From: Camelus dromedarius
Lineage: Eukaryota
Assembly (NCBI RefSeq): GCF_036321535.1
Contig: NC_087436.1
Span: forward strand, 54,314,001-54,378,000
DNA: 64,000 bases
Reading direction: 5' to 3'
Shown: piece by piece, positions 24,171-37,192 of the stretch
How positions within the stretch are numbered: position 1 is the first letter of the stretch
How the letters are laid out: every line of letters starts with the position of its first letter
The notes under the pieces: model-generated
Seen by the model: the letters and a program-made list of their open reading frames with translations, nothing else
Databases searched by the model: none
Told to the model about the DNA's origin: nothing
Program-made: the position numbers and the translations under genes

Positions 24171-26387
24171 ATCAATGGTTTTATTGCCTACATGATTCTG
24201 TTCATCAGCATTTTTTGTTATTCTTTACTGAGCCTTGAAGAATCATGGTACAGCTCACAATTACAATTGCTTTCATAAAATAGTATTAGGATAAAGGGTC
24301 TTTTTCACTATACCAGGAGAATACAGAAAATGGAATAAATATTTCCTATTTTTACTATAATTTACAATTAACATTATGTCACATCTGTATTAAAATACTT
24401 TTCTTTGTAAAATAACACATTATTTTCTAAGTCATATATTTAAAAAGGTGTATGTTTAGAAGGATGAATATTAGGAATGCTGAAAAATGGCAAGGGTAAC
24501 ATGTTTGTAATTATAATTTGCAATATTCAAAACAAAGATAATTTGATTATCATCCGAAATGCCTTTCTTCTCTATAAAGCCAAAATTAAACAACTTGGTT
24601 AAACATATTGGTAAATTGCTTTAATCAAAGTTTTCTGCATATTCAGGCAAACTTCACTACATTTATGGCCTATAATTTTTTTCACCATATATATTTGATG
24701 AAAGATTTTGATTTGAAGCTTTGATGGGAAGTATCCTTGATGTTGTCTTAAGTTGCTTCACTAATGTGACAAGTTTCATCGTAAAAGCTCTAAGTGACTT
24801 TTTAATAATCATGTATTTGGAATTTTAAAATAAAATTTTAGACTAGAATGTATTTGGCTATGAAGTAACAGCTAGAATAAGTTACCCCAAATCATAATTA
24901 AAGTTTATTTTAGTCCAAATCATAGCTAGTGAGTGATTTATTATATTATGCTACCTAACATCGTGTGAGAGTGTGTGTGTGTTTGTGTGTATGTATATAT
25001 GGTACTAGAAGCAGAAGTGGAAAAAACATGTATTTCATAACTTGAAAGAAGTTGTTCTGATTTAATTGCTTAGAATTTTAACTTTCATAAAGTGTATGAA
25101 TTTCTTTCTATACCTATTACTGTTAGACCTGATGTATACTGCTGTGAGAGTTTGTCTCCTAAGCACAGCAAGACTGAGATTCCACTCTGCCTTTGTGGCT
25201 CTGTGCCCTCCTTCACGTTGCCCTTCTGAGTTTTTGGTTGAGTGCCTGAGGGTCTCTTCTCTTTCTGCAAGTCCTACCCTTTACAAATATTTAGCTTACT
25301 CTTTAGTTTTCTATGCCGTTCAGTTTCAAAATGTGGGAAGTATCTTGAGGAAGAGGATTGTACTTGTTGTCAGCCCTTGCTCCAGTGTGAGCTTGGCTCC
25401 TAAGCATCACTAGACTGCAGACTGAATTCTGTCTCTTCAGCCCAAACCTCTGTCCTTTTGCCTGCTCTAACACTTAGCAATTACTACATTGTAAAGCACA
25501 GGTGATGAGTTTGGGCTCCCCTAGTCTTCAGTTCGCTGTGATAGACTATGTGACCTTTGAAAGCTCCACTAGTTCCTATTTCCCTTAGAATAACCTGTCT
25601 GCCTATGAAAAACCTAATCTTTAGCTCTTGCCCTGACTTGGTAAATGCCCATATAGAAGAAAGCAGATTGCAGTATAAATACATGTTAAAAGAGCTTTGA
25701 TTTACCAGAATAAAACTGAGGCTAAAACTCAAGTTCAGTATTTATTTGCAGTGTCTTATAGCTTGTAAGACAACTCAGCATTCAAATGCTCCATTTCTTG
25801 CTGAGGCTGAGGGGTTTAATTGTTGGTGTTTCATAATCAAAGTTTTGGAACATCAGAGCATACATGTAGTTTAATATGTCCAAGTTAGAGACTATATGAA
25901 AAGTCATATGTCAAAATGGCAGTAAACAAGGATGGGAAAATTTTTGAATTTTTTGAAATGAGCTGGTCTTTGTGGCTATAGATGATTTAGGCTTGGACTT
26001 TAAGTGGTTAATGCAAGAGTTCTGGGCTTGGGGAATTGTACAGGGACTTCAACTTGACATAATTGAATGAAACCACAAAGTATGGGAAAAGGTTTTTCCA
26101 AAATACAAAGTTTCTTTCAAGTTGGTTGCCACCAGTGATATTTTTTTAGCTGCCTGATTCGCTGTCTTCATGTGATTCCCAACAACTTACCTAATTTGAT
26201 TTTGTTGTTGTTGTTTGGGGCTTAAAATACTAGGAGCTTACCTTTTAAATATCCTGTTGGCATCTCTGCAAGAAAGGGAGATACCACTGAGGGTTTCATA
26301 AAGTTCCACAACTAATAGAAATAATAATACTGGTAACAATGATGATGGCAATGAAAGCAAACACTAGTACTTGTTATGTATCAGGTA

Positions 26388-26720
26388 TGTTGACCTAAAA
26401 TAAATAGGCTGCCAGATATTTCTCCAGCAAAGGTGGGTTTATTTGGGATCAGTAGAGAATTGTGATTCATTGTCTGCGACAATGGCAGCCACGTTCAAGT
26501 CCCTGCAGGGCAAGGGAAGAACACTTTCCAGAGAGGAAAAGGAAGTTTGGAGGATGATAGGAAACAGAGTTGATGGCATTTAATTGGCTGAGTCCGTGTC
26601 AGGAGAGAAGAGGGTCTTTCTTCTTCCTGTTGGGCTCTGCTGTTGTCATAGGGTATGAGACCTCTCCCTTCTGATCTGACCATATTTAGTTGAGGTTTTT
26701 ATTTATTCATTATTTTTATA
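26388..26720 (-). mobile_element. ERV1-type solo LTR inserted into a MIR
   Basis: TGTTGACCTAAAA start, GGGTTTATTTGGG (antisense polyA signal), ATTGGCTGAG. It splits the MIR phrase TATGTATCAGGTA|GACACCATTCTAAG with a degenerate 4-bp TSD. Confidence 0.75.
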
Positions 26721-28544
26721 GACACCATTCTAAGAATTTTGCATACATCAGTTATCTTAATTCTGTTATTTATGTCATTTTTAGGTAGGGTCCTGGTTTT
26801 CCAGATGAAGAAGTCAGGACATTTTAGACTTACTTTAATTTGCCTTAAGGCATAGCTTTTATTTCATTAGACATTTTGTGGCATTTTCCCTCAGTCTCTA
26901 ATTGCTTCTTTCAGTTTGTCCTCCCACTGTTGCTTCTGAGCACTGGATATAGCTGCTAGCCCTGCCAGCGCCATCACTAGAATAGAATTTTAAAAAAAAT
27001 TCAATTTATTTAAACTAAAAAATAAATAAAATCTAAAATGGAATTTTAAATGTTCTGTTTTTTTTGTTTGTTTGTTTGTTTTTAAACTGGCTGCCAGTTC
27101 AAAGGCTGTCATTTAAGCCTGTGACCTAGATTCTTGTCCTAGATTTCTAAAATTAGATCAGGAAAATGAGAATCAGATAGTTTTAGATTTTGTGCTGGGA
27201 CTCAGATTCTGCTGCAAAGCATGTGGAATTTCCCAAACACAGGAATGGGATTCAGATTCTGGGTTAAAAAAAGGCATGAGAAATGTCTATTATAGTCACG
27301 CATCACCAGCCTTCCCTATTTTCTGTGATGTATAAAGGATCACCAGCAGAGATTTGGTGATCTTATCTATACATACTATTTTTTCCTAAAATGGATTAGA
27401 GTATTATGTATAAGTATGTCTGAGTTATTGCTACTAGACAGGGTTTCAGATTTGTTTTACTAGTCCTGAAAATTAATTAATGCCTAGGAAATTTACTTGA
27501 CATGTTAATTTCTTGTTCAGAGAATTGAAGATGAGTAAGAAGAGCCTATAAACATCAATAAAGGACACAAATAGGGAATAAGTTTTCAGAGAAGTGTAAA
27601 AATGCCATAAAAAGGGGTGGTCATGAATGAGGGCAGTATATTTTCACTTGGTAGAGGAGCCAGTGAATCTAATGAAATTTAGGGTAACTAGTTTGTTGAA
27701 ATTTCCTTGGTGGGAACACATTGTTGTTGAAGAAAACTGATTACTTGTGCAGTTTCTTACTTTTGCTCCAAGGCATTAAAAAAAAAAAAAAAAAAAGCTT
27801 CCTTCCTGCATGGCAGCAGCCAAACCCGTCAGTTATATCTAGGCTCGGAACTGGACGAAGGACTAGGTGGTGACTCCAGACAGTGTTAAGGGAAGCAGGA
27901 ACGATGACAGTTTCTGATAAGAAAATGAAAATGCATAGTAGGGTAATCAAGATCTTTGGAAAGCTTTCCTAGATACCCTGGGTACATTGTGTACTCATGA
28001 TTTCTTTACGTTTTTGTGCTCCACTTTCCTTTTACATACTGCAGAAGCAGCCTCAAAAGACCCAAATGTCATCTTTTTTGAATTGTTGCTACGACTGCTT
28101 ACCCTCAGCCTACCTTTACTAAATATACTCCTGATGCCAGCAAGGAGAAAATAACTGCTGATATTTCTTAGTTGATTTACTGATTGACACAGTCCTTAAA
28201 CCAGAAATATGGGGTTTCATGTAAGAATCTCCTCCGCTAGTCACGATCAGTACTCTTACCATATTTAGTGACTCTTTGGAAGTGGAAGATAATGTTGTGG
28301 GCATATGCTTGAGGGTATTAATAGGGATATAAGGAACAGGAGAAAGTATGTTTTATAAAGTATGGCTTCTAGAGGGACTTCAAAAGTTTGTTTTTTCAGT
28401 ATCCAAATTTGTTTGACTTATTTGAAACATGAAAATTCTTCTCTCATAGCCTAGACCCTGATTGTTCAGTCTTGTTTTTTATGTTAGAATTAGCTTTTGT
28501 AGAATAGCAAGGTTAGCTAACCCTTTTATAGAATCAGGGACCAA

Positions 28545-28750
28545 GATAAGTATTTTACTTGTTTTAACTTATTTAATCCTCACAATAACCCTATGACATA
28601 TGATATGAATTCTGTTGTTTCCCTGGTTACAGATGACGCTGAGGATCACAGAGGTTAAGTGGCTTGCTTAGGGTCCCACAGCAAGTAAGGAGCAGATGTT
28701 TGGAACCAAAGAAGTCTTAGTGCTAGAGTCTACACCCTTAGCCACAGTAC
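28545..28750 (-). mobile_element. MIR
   Basis: ATTTAATCCTCACAATAACCCTATGA...TTACAGATGACGCTGAGG...AGAGGTTAAGTGGCTTGC. Confidence 0.85.
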
Positions 28751-29116
28751 AAGTCTCCTGCCTGCCAGAATCATTAAAACTTAAACAGCATGGTCTTTAT
28801 ACTTAGTACAGATGAACAAATTTGTTATATATAATATATTGTATTTTAAAGTAATTTGAAGAAAATGAGTTGAAAAAGTTTTCATTGAGGTAATTAGCTA
28901 ATGGTTTACAGGCATTAATTGTGCAACAAATACATGATTTTCAAATTTAATTTAGATTAAAATTATTATTGCCGTTATTAATATCTATGTGGTTTATGTT
29001 GATTAGAAATGTTAATGTAACTGTGGAGCATGTAAAGAGCCATAAGTGATGAAAGGGGAAGCCTTTTAACTTAATTGAAATCTGTTAAAAATGAAGTAAG
29101 ACTCATTTGTAGAATA

Positions 29117-29171
29117 AGTAAAGTATGTTCACTTTGGACAGTAAAGCATGCTCACTTTGGACAGTAAAGCA
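29117..29171. repeat. 23-bp tandem duplication (~2.4 units)
   Basis: AGTAAAGTATGTTCACTTTGGAC / AGTAAAGCATGCTCACTTTGGAC / AGTAAAGCA. Confidence 0.9.
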
Positions 29172-29509
29172 GGAATAGTTTTGCTGCTTAAGAAGACAAA
29201 TAATCACTGCTCTCATTTCTGTATAAAATTTGATTTTCATTATGAAGTTTGAAAATTAGAGTTTATGATGGCTATTTTTAAAATGTAACCTATATTTCAT
29301 AATTGTGTTTATTTTATCTTAAATTTTGACAAGTGAATTTACACTTTTATTAGAAGGGCATAGATTTAATGATACTCTTAGATTTCTATTTTTAATGATT
29401 AAATAAAAATTTCCAGTTTTTCTGTGTATACCATTGCTTAGTGAGAGCATCTATGCTATGTCTTTTTGGAAATTTTCTATATATTTAATCTTATTGAAAT
29501 TTGTTTCAG

Positions 29510-29669
29510 GGTATTCCAGCACCAGGCACCTATGATGTGCAGAAATCATATGAGATGTCTCAAGTTCAGCATAAATACATGCCACCTCGTAGTTCTGTGG
29601 CTAAAATAAAACATGCCTCCTTTCTTAGCACGACTCCTCGGTGTCTGGACAAAATGACCGATGGACCAG
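29510..29669 (+). CDS. STPG2: Internal coding exon of STPG2 (sperm-tail PG-rich repeat containing 2, C4orf37 orthologue); 160 nt, phase 0 start, phase 1 end
   Basis: Acceptor ttgtttcAG ends at 29509. Consensus donor CAG|GTAAGT starts at 29670. Translation is GIPAPGTYDVQKSYEMSQVQHKYMPPRSSVAKIKHASFLSTTPRCLDKMTDGP(G), with a PAPGxY SHIPPO-type repeat at the start and DGPG at the end. It closely matches the human STPG2 C-terminal region as I recall it. Confidence 0.93.
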
Positions 29670-30879
29670 GTAAGTGTAGACTGTCACTTTAAAGATATGG
29701 GGAAAAAAACCTAAGATTTCCTTATTAAAATAGACAATTGTAAACATACATTTGCATTTACCACGGCTTTTTTAAGTATGCAGTTCAAGAAAAACCTGCT
29801 TATTTAGTGAAAGATTTTAGATTAGTTTTTCAACTGTAGGAAGATTTGTTTGGAGTTTTATTGTCTTAATTTTACCAAAGACAATTTTACTAATTTTACT
29901 AAAGCTAACAAGTCATTTTCTATTAAAGAAAAAACATCAAACTCTTAATATGCTACAGTTATTAGAGGACAAATAACTACTGATTTGGAAATCAGTTGCA
30001 TACAAGATATACATCACTCCAGTCTCAATGGAATCATTTTAATTTTCCTCAAGTATTAAGCAGCTGTATAAAAGGTAAACATTTATTTGGGTGGTTGAAA
30101 TTCCAAAAATAATTTTGATTTTTAAAATTGAGATCAGTTTAGCTATTACTAATAGCGTTTTTGTACTAAAATTGAATGAAATAATTTTGCTTATTAATGA
30201 AGATAAATCAGTAAGTATGTTATTTCACACATTTCACACTGAAGAACTAGACAGAGAATAGGAACAATAGTTTCCAACAGTAATTTACAGACATATTGCC
30301 ACTGAACAACCAAACTGTTGTAATGAATCTTTATGAGACTGTGAAGAAAAAAAATGAAACAGAATAGAGAAACTTGAGAGTTTTTAATGGAAAATCAAAG
30401 CAGGAGAATACAACAGGTCAAGCAAATATAAATATTTGGAGATGCTGAGAGTCATAGAGGATTGCTTTGTCATTGTCTTTCAAGAATTGAATATATTACC
30501 AACTAAAAGGTCCATTTTAAGTCCAAGTTTAACTTTTCTTAATATCTTGTTCTTCTCTTGAGTTATGGTACCATTGTTGATTTTGTCAGGTTTCAGCTTT
30601 CTTTCAAAGTAGAATTCAAACACCTTTAGTGTGTCCCTGACCACACTCAATATGTGGTTACCCAGAAGTGGTGCAGGGAAATTGGTTCTTTGAAGTTCAG
30701 GTACCATCACTGTCACCATGACCAAGCACAATCAATAGCAAATAAATATGTATTCCAGAATCTCTTGAGGTAGATTAGGTTGATCTTCATAATTTTTAAA
30801 GATTTTTTTTTCCTCTTTGTCTTTACCCTATTCTCCATAAAAATTATTACAGATTGAAATCATAGTAAGAGTTTCAATT

Positions 30880-31040
30880 AAGTGCCAGGATTGGGACTCT
30901 GACTTTTCATTGTTTCAATATTTAGCCTTGGGCAAGTAAATTCACTAATTGTTTTATTAGTTTCTCTTATAAAATTGAGATAATATTTTCCAACTACTTG
31001 GCTCTCATGAGAATAGTAAAGATTAATAAGACTGTATTTC
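30880..31040 (+). mobile_element. MIR fragment
   Basis: CCTTGGGCAAGT...AGTTTCTCTTATAAAATTGAGATAAT. Confidence 0.6.
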
Positions 31041-33224
31041 AAAGTCATTTTCAGAACCCCTTAAGTCCCTTAGAAGTATAAAATCTTATTATAATAAGAA
31101 ACATGTTTCTTCTTAATGCCAAGCCAACAGTAGCTTCTGAAAGAATTTGAGAGAGGGAAATAGCTTCATTATGAAGACAATTATTATTTGAAAGTCAAAG
31201 ACATATGGACTGTTAAAGTCACTATACAACTGTAAAGTAGCCAGCTTGCTAGATGAAAAAATGTTTATCACATTGTTTAAACCAATATTTCATCGTTTGC
31301 CATCCTGCATCTTAAAATAGCCTATACTTCAAAGAAATGATAGCAGAAATTCCACATGCCTCTGTAATCACCACATTAGAAAAAAATATGGATTTCTGAA
31401 GCAATTACCTGATGCCATGATGTATGAAATTTGATTTCCTTTGCCATATGTAGATGCTGTAATGATTATAGAATTGTTCATTCTTTTAAATTTAATCTGC
31501 TATTTTAGGTATAGAGTCCAAATACATCTCTAACATAGACTTAATAGGTGACCAGGGCCAATTCAGTTAATATCCATGCTTTGTTTTGGTAATTGAAAAT
31601 TAACTGCTATTTGTCCAGACTCTCTGTTACATTGATCCAATCAGGGAAAAGAAGTCAAATGTGATGTTATCAACTCTCTAAACAAATTTCTCACTTTTTG
31701 TTGATTCTTATTTGGGTTAGATTTTTATTGATCAATATGACAAATGTCTTGATTCTAAAATAAGAATAGCCCACTTCTATTTACAGTTCTTAATATTATC
31801 TGACTTTCACTGAAGACAACTAATTTGTTGTCTTTTGATTTTTTAAAAAAACATCATTGTTCTATAATCAAAAGGTACAGTGATAATAGTTCTATTGGTT
31901 GTATGCTTTGTGTCAGTGTTTATCCTATGAATAATATCCTTTCCTGTCATATCTTCTTAGAAATAAAATAAGAAAAAAAGTGTTTTTTAACCCCGTTATT
32001 TGTCATTTAAACATTGGTAATTTTGTTTTACCCTAATACCAATAGCAATACCAATGAGAAGGGACTTTTTGGGTTTCATATCACATTCTTTACCAGTCAG
32101 ATAAAATTATTTTCTGTTATTATGTGTGTATACACACACACACACACACATAAGTGAAACTATAAGATTGTTTGAATTAATTTGCAGAAATTTGTTCTTG
32201 AGTCATGACATCACTCCGAATTGAATGTTTTGCCTTATAGAACTTAAAGTACATTTATATTGTTATCTTTCTACCTATAGATAAAATGATTGCCAACTTA
32301 AAATTAATTACCGACTATCTTATATTTGGAGGAAAAAGTGTTAAGAACTGAGGTTGATAAATGATGTGTTAGAAGTTATGAGTTTGTTGATACATGAATA
32401 ATAGTCTTCTCATGGGACTCACAAAACTTATAGCACATTCATTCAATCACTCAACAATTTATAGCCATATATTTATTTCAAGTTGTTTTAGAACTTTTAT
32501 TAATAGTATAGAAGTGATTTTGTTTTATTTATAAATGAAGTCTTTGAAGATATTTAAGAAGGATAAAACTCATTTTCATTAGTCTAAATTAAAGAGGGAA
32601 GTATATTTGCAATCAGTATACTATATACCATTAAATGTTGTATAACCAGTAAAAACACATTAGAGTCATTTAATGAAGAAATTATTAAATGAGCTGTATC
32701 ACATTATAAAGCAATCTCCTCTTATGCACCAAGTTTTAATTCAAGGATATGTAAATGACTTTGTCATTGATCCAGCTCAGGTAAAGTAAAATTGTTAAGT
32801 AGAAAAGGAATTAAACATTATTTTATCTCTTATATTGATCTGTTTTTGGACATTTAGAGGAAGAAAATACTCAGCAAATTTAAAAAGAAAATGAAACATT
32901 GAGGGTGTGGAAAATTAGGGCCTCTCATACATCATGGTGGAAGTATAAATTAGTATCAGTAATTCTCTGGCAGAATGTTTTAAATGTACATGCCATTTAA
33001 CTCTGAAATTCTACTTCTGATATTACCCTAAGAAACAGTTATTAATATGTGCAAAGTTTAAGCATCACGGGTAGTCATCCAGGAACACAAATAATGAAAA
33101 GTTTCAAATGCCCTAACTGTAAGAAAAATGAGGTTTAGTTAATTCTAATGCAAAAACTGAATAGAGTCCTATGAAAAAATTTAAAATGGTATATGTTGTT
33201 TAAGCCTGGTAACAAGGTAGGATT

Positions 33225-33600
33225 CATTTGATCACTCATTTAACAATATGTACTGAGAGCCTCTTCTGTATTAGACACTGTTCCAGGGACTAGTGACAGA
33301 GCAGTGAACAAAACCTAAACATTGTTCTTTCACAGAATGAAATTTTAGGGTTGAGACATTTACTAAATGAATGAAGAAATAGATCAGTAGATTGATAGAT
33401 GAAGGAAGGAAGGGAGGGAGAAAAGAGGGAAGGAGCCAAGGAAGGGAAAGAAAAAGCATGAATACCAGGTGGTTATAAATGCTCAGGAGAAAAATAAGAG
33501 AAAAGGATTCAACTCTCATTGTGTGTCCTGCATCAGTTTAAAAAATGTTATCAGTGAAGTCCTCACTTAAAATATAATATGTGAGTAAACAACAGACTTG
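33225..33600 (-). mobile_element. L2 3' end
   Basis: CATTTAACAATATGTACTGAGAGCCTC...CAGTGAACAAAAC. Confidence 0.7.
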
Positions 33601-34698
33601 TTAAAGATTTTGGTTTGTTTTTCAATTTTTAATTGTTTTCTCTAAATGAACATTCACTACTTTATAGTGAGTAAAAATTTAAGATTTTTAAATGAAGAAA
33701 AACAATTGAAGTTTAAAGCACAATTTTAATTGAAATCAAGTATTTCAATGAATGATAGACTCAGCAAAACATAGCATCTGAGACAACATTTGTAGGCTGA
33801 ACATAACAGGTACTGAGACTTACTCTATGTAGAAAGTATAGATCATTTCTAATGAAAATAACATTGTGATTTCTACATCACATCCCCATGGGAAATTACT
33901 TTAGGAAACAAATATAATTCATCTTAGAAGTTAATTGAACATATACTATGAAGATATTTTTGTTCACTTTAAATAAACATAAGCAATACCTTTGATATAA
34001 AAATCAGTGTAGTGTGAAAACGAGTTTTTCTGTTTTCTCAGTGGCTTGTTACATTATAGCTTCAGAAATACTATGGAGTTTATCAAAATGCAGTTCATCC
34101 CACTTGCCTAACATATTGCAGTAAATACGTAATTTTCTGCTGTTTTTCTGTGGCTTCCAGAAATGCTTTTGGGCTGTTAAAATGCAAGATAATTCTGAGT
34201 GTAGGCAAAAATCAGTCAGATCAGTTTTGTGGATTTGTTAATTTTATATCTTTATTTCAAATGATGGAAATTTTATTACTAAAAATGAGCTAACTTCATT
34301 AGTTTTTAATCTCAGGTTATTTTTGCTTTTTGGGTACTCTATATTTCAAGTAAAGTCTTATTTATATATAATTTGAGAATGATCAGATTATTAATAAGCA
34401 TATTAATAAGTTTATTAATAAGCATTATGTTATAGATAAAATTATCCTATACGTTCTGTATAGATTACTAGCTGTTTGAATTATTCACTTTTTGCATATG
34501 AATGAATGTTTGAAGACTGGGAAAAGCTTCATTTGAGAAGGAGGGACTGAGTATGCAAAAAAAGGGGAGGAAAGAACTGATGCAAGATATTTAATAACAT
34601 AAAGGGTAACAATCAGTCTGAAGTTAAAAATGGACTTAGTTTATTGATATGGGAGGTAAGGTATTGAAAATATATAGGTTTTATATATAGAGATAAGA

Positions 34699-36425
34699 CA
34701 GGTATACCCGTTTTATTTTACTTTGCATTATAGCACTTTGCAGATACTACATTTTTAACAAATTGAAGGTTTGTGGCAACGCTGTGTCCAGCAAGTCTAT
34801 CCACACCATTTTTCCAACTGCATTTAGCTCCTTTCTGTCTCTGTATCATATTTTGGTAATATTTCAAACTTTATCACTATTATTATATTTGTTATGGTGA
34901 TTTGTAATCAGTGATCTTTGATGTTACTGTTGTAATTGTTTTGGAGTGCCATGAACTGCACCCATATAAGATGGCAAACAATTGATAAATGTTGTGTGTG
35001 TTCTGATTGCTCTACTGACCACCAGTTCCTCCACCTCTCTCCCTCTATCAGGGCTCTCTATTGCCTGAGACCCAACAATATTAAAATCAAGCCGATTAAT
35101 AACCCTACAGTGACCTACAAGGGTTCAAGTGAAAGGAAATGTCGCGTCTCTAACTTTAAATCAAAAGCTAGAAATGATCAAGCTTAGTGAGAAAGGCATG
35201 TTGAGAGCTGAGACAGACTGGAAGCTAGGCCTGTTGCTCCAGTTAGCCAAGCTGTGAATGCAAAGGAAAGCTCTTTAAAGAAATTAAAAGTGCTACTACA
35301 GTGAACATACAAATGATAAAAAGGCTAAACAGCCTTATTGCTGATATGGAGAAAACCTTAGTAGTCTGAATAGAGGATCAAATCAGCCACAACATTCCCT
35401 TAAGCCTAGCCCTCAACCAGAGCAATGCCCTGGCTCTCTTCAACCCTGTAAAGGTGAGAGAGATGAGGAAGCTGCAGAGGAAGAGTAAAGCTAACAGGTT
35501 GGCTGATGAGGTTTAAGGAAAGAAGTCATCTCCATAACATAAAAGTGCAAGATGAAGCAACGAGTAGAAGCTGCAGCAAGTTATCCAGAAGATCTAGCTA
35601 AGATAATTTATGAAGGTGCCTACACAAAACAACAGGTTTTTAATGTAGACAAAACAGCCCCTTATTGGAAGAAGATGCTTTCTAGGACTTCCATAGCTAG
35701 AGAGGAGGAGTTAATGCCTGGCTTCAAAGCTTCAAAAGACAGGCCGACTCTTCTTGAGAGGGGCTAATGCAGCTGGTGACTTTAAGTTGAAAGTAATACT
35801 TATTTACCATTTTGAAAATCCGAGGGCCTAGGGCCCTTAAGAATTATGCTGAATCTATTCTGCCTGTGTTCTATACATGGAATAACAAAGCCTAGATGAC
35901 AGCACATCTGGTAACAACATGGTTTGCTGAATGTTTAAGCCCACTGTTGAGACCTACCTCTCAGGAAAAAAAAAAAGATTCCTTTCAAAATATTACTGCT
36001 CATTGACAACGTACCTGATCACTCAAGGGCTCTGATGGAGATATACAGTGAGATTAATGATACTTTTTTTTTTTGCCTACTAACACAACATCCATTTTGT
36101 AGCCCATGGATCAAGGAGTAATTTTAACTTTCAAGTTTTATTATTTAAGAAATACATTTTGTAAGGAATAACTGCCATAGATAGTGATTCACCTGATGGA
36201 TCTGGGCAAAGTCAATTAAAAACCTTCAAGAAGGGATTTATCTTCCCAGATACCATGTAGAATATTTGTGATTAATGGGGAGAGATGAAAATATCAGCAT
36301 TAACAGGAGTTTGGAAGAAGTTGATTCCAGTCCTCATGGCTGACTTTGAGGGGTTCAAGACTTCAGTGGAGGAAGGAACTGCAGAGAGAGCAATAGTGAG
36401 AGAACTAGATTTAGAAGTGGAGCCT
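34699..36425 (+). mobile_element. Tigger1 DNA transposon: 5' TIR plus dead transposase, 3'-truncated
   Basis: CAGGTATACC terminus. Transposase fragments [14 protein letters not shown]...PGFKASKDR (35552-35767) and LTGVWKKLIP...FEGFKTSVEE (36285-). Many stops and frameshifts. Confidence 0.95.
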
Positions 36426-37192
36426 ACATCATTAAAAAGTGCACAAATGATAATGCTAGAGAGGGTGTAAAGAAAAGGTAACCCTCCTACATTGTTGGTG
36501 GGAATGTAGTTTGGTGCAGCCATTATGGAAAACAGTAGGGTGATTCCTCAGAAAACTAAAAATAGACTTACCATATGACCCAGCAGTTCTACTCCTGGGC
36601 ATATATATCCAGAGGGAATCAAATTCAAAAAGATACATGCATCCCAATGTTCATAGCAGCACTATTTACAATAGCCAAGACATAGAAACAACCTAAATGT
36701 CCATTAACAGACAACTGGATAAAGAAGTTGTGGTATATTATACAATGAAATACTACTCAGCCATTAAAAATGATAAAACAGTGCCATTTACAGCAACATG
36801 GATGGACCTGGAGATCATCATTCTAAGTGAAGTAAGGAAGAAAGAGAAAGATACTATTTGATATCACTCATATGTGGAATCTAAAAAAAAAAGGACACAA
36901 ATGAACTTATTTACAAAATAGAAACAGACTCAGAACACAAACACAGTTACTAGGAGGAAAAGGTGGGTGGAGGGATAAATGAGGAATTCAGAATTTGTAG
37001 GTACTAACTACTATATGTAAAATAGGTAAACAACAAGTTTCTACTGTATAGCATAGATACTCAATATCTTGTAACCTATAATGAAAAATGATATGAAAAG
37101 GAATATATGTATGTATATATAAGACTGAAACATTATGCTGTACACTAGAAATTGACACAGAATTGTAAGCTGACTATAGTTCAATTAAAAAA
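36426..37192 (+). mobile_element. Young L1, 5'-truncated (ORF2 end + 3'UTR)
   Basis: CCCTCCTACATTGTTGGTGGGAATGTA...ATGGATGGACCTGGAG...TGACTATAGTTCAATTAAAAAA. Confidence 0.95.

Noticed and set aside
25066..25413. 115-aa ORF
   Set aside because: Non-ATG start, no domain, no splice support; consistent with chance
34389..34424. TATTAATAAGCA x3 and similar short arrays (59178-59224)
   Set aside because: Ordinary slippage repeats with no spacers; not CRISPR-like
35110..36425. Possible domesticated Tigger transposase (TIGD1-like)
   Set aside because: Start codon appears mutated (GTG at 35110), with multiple stops, frameshifts and a 3' truncation
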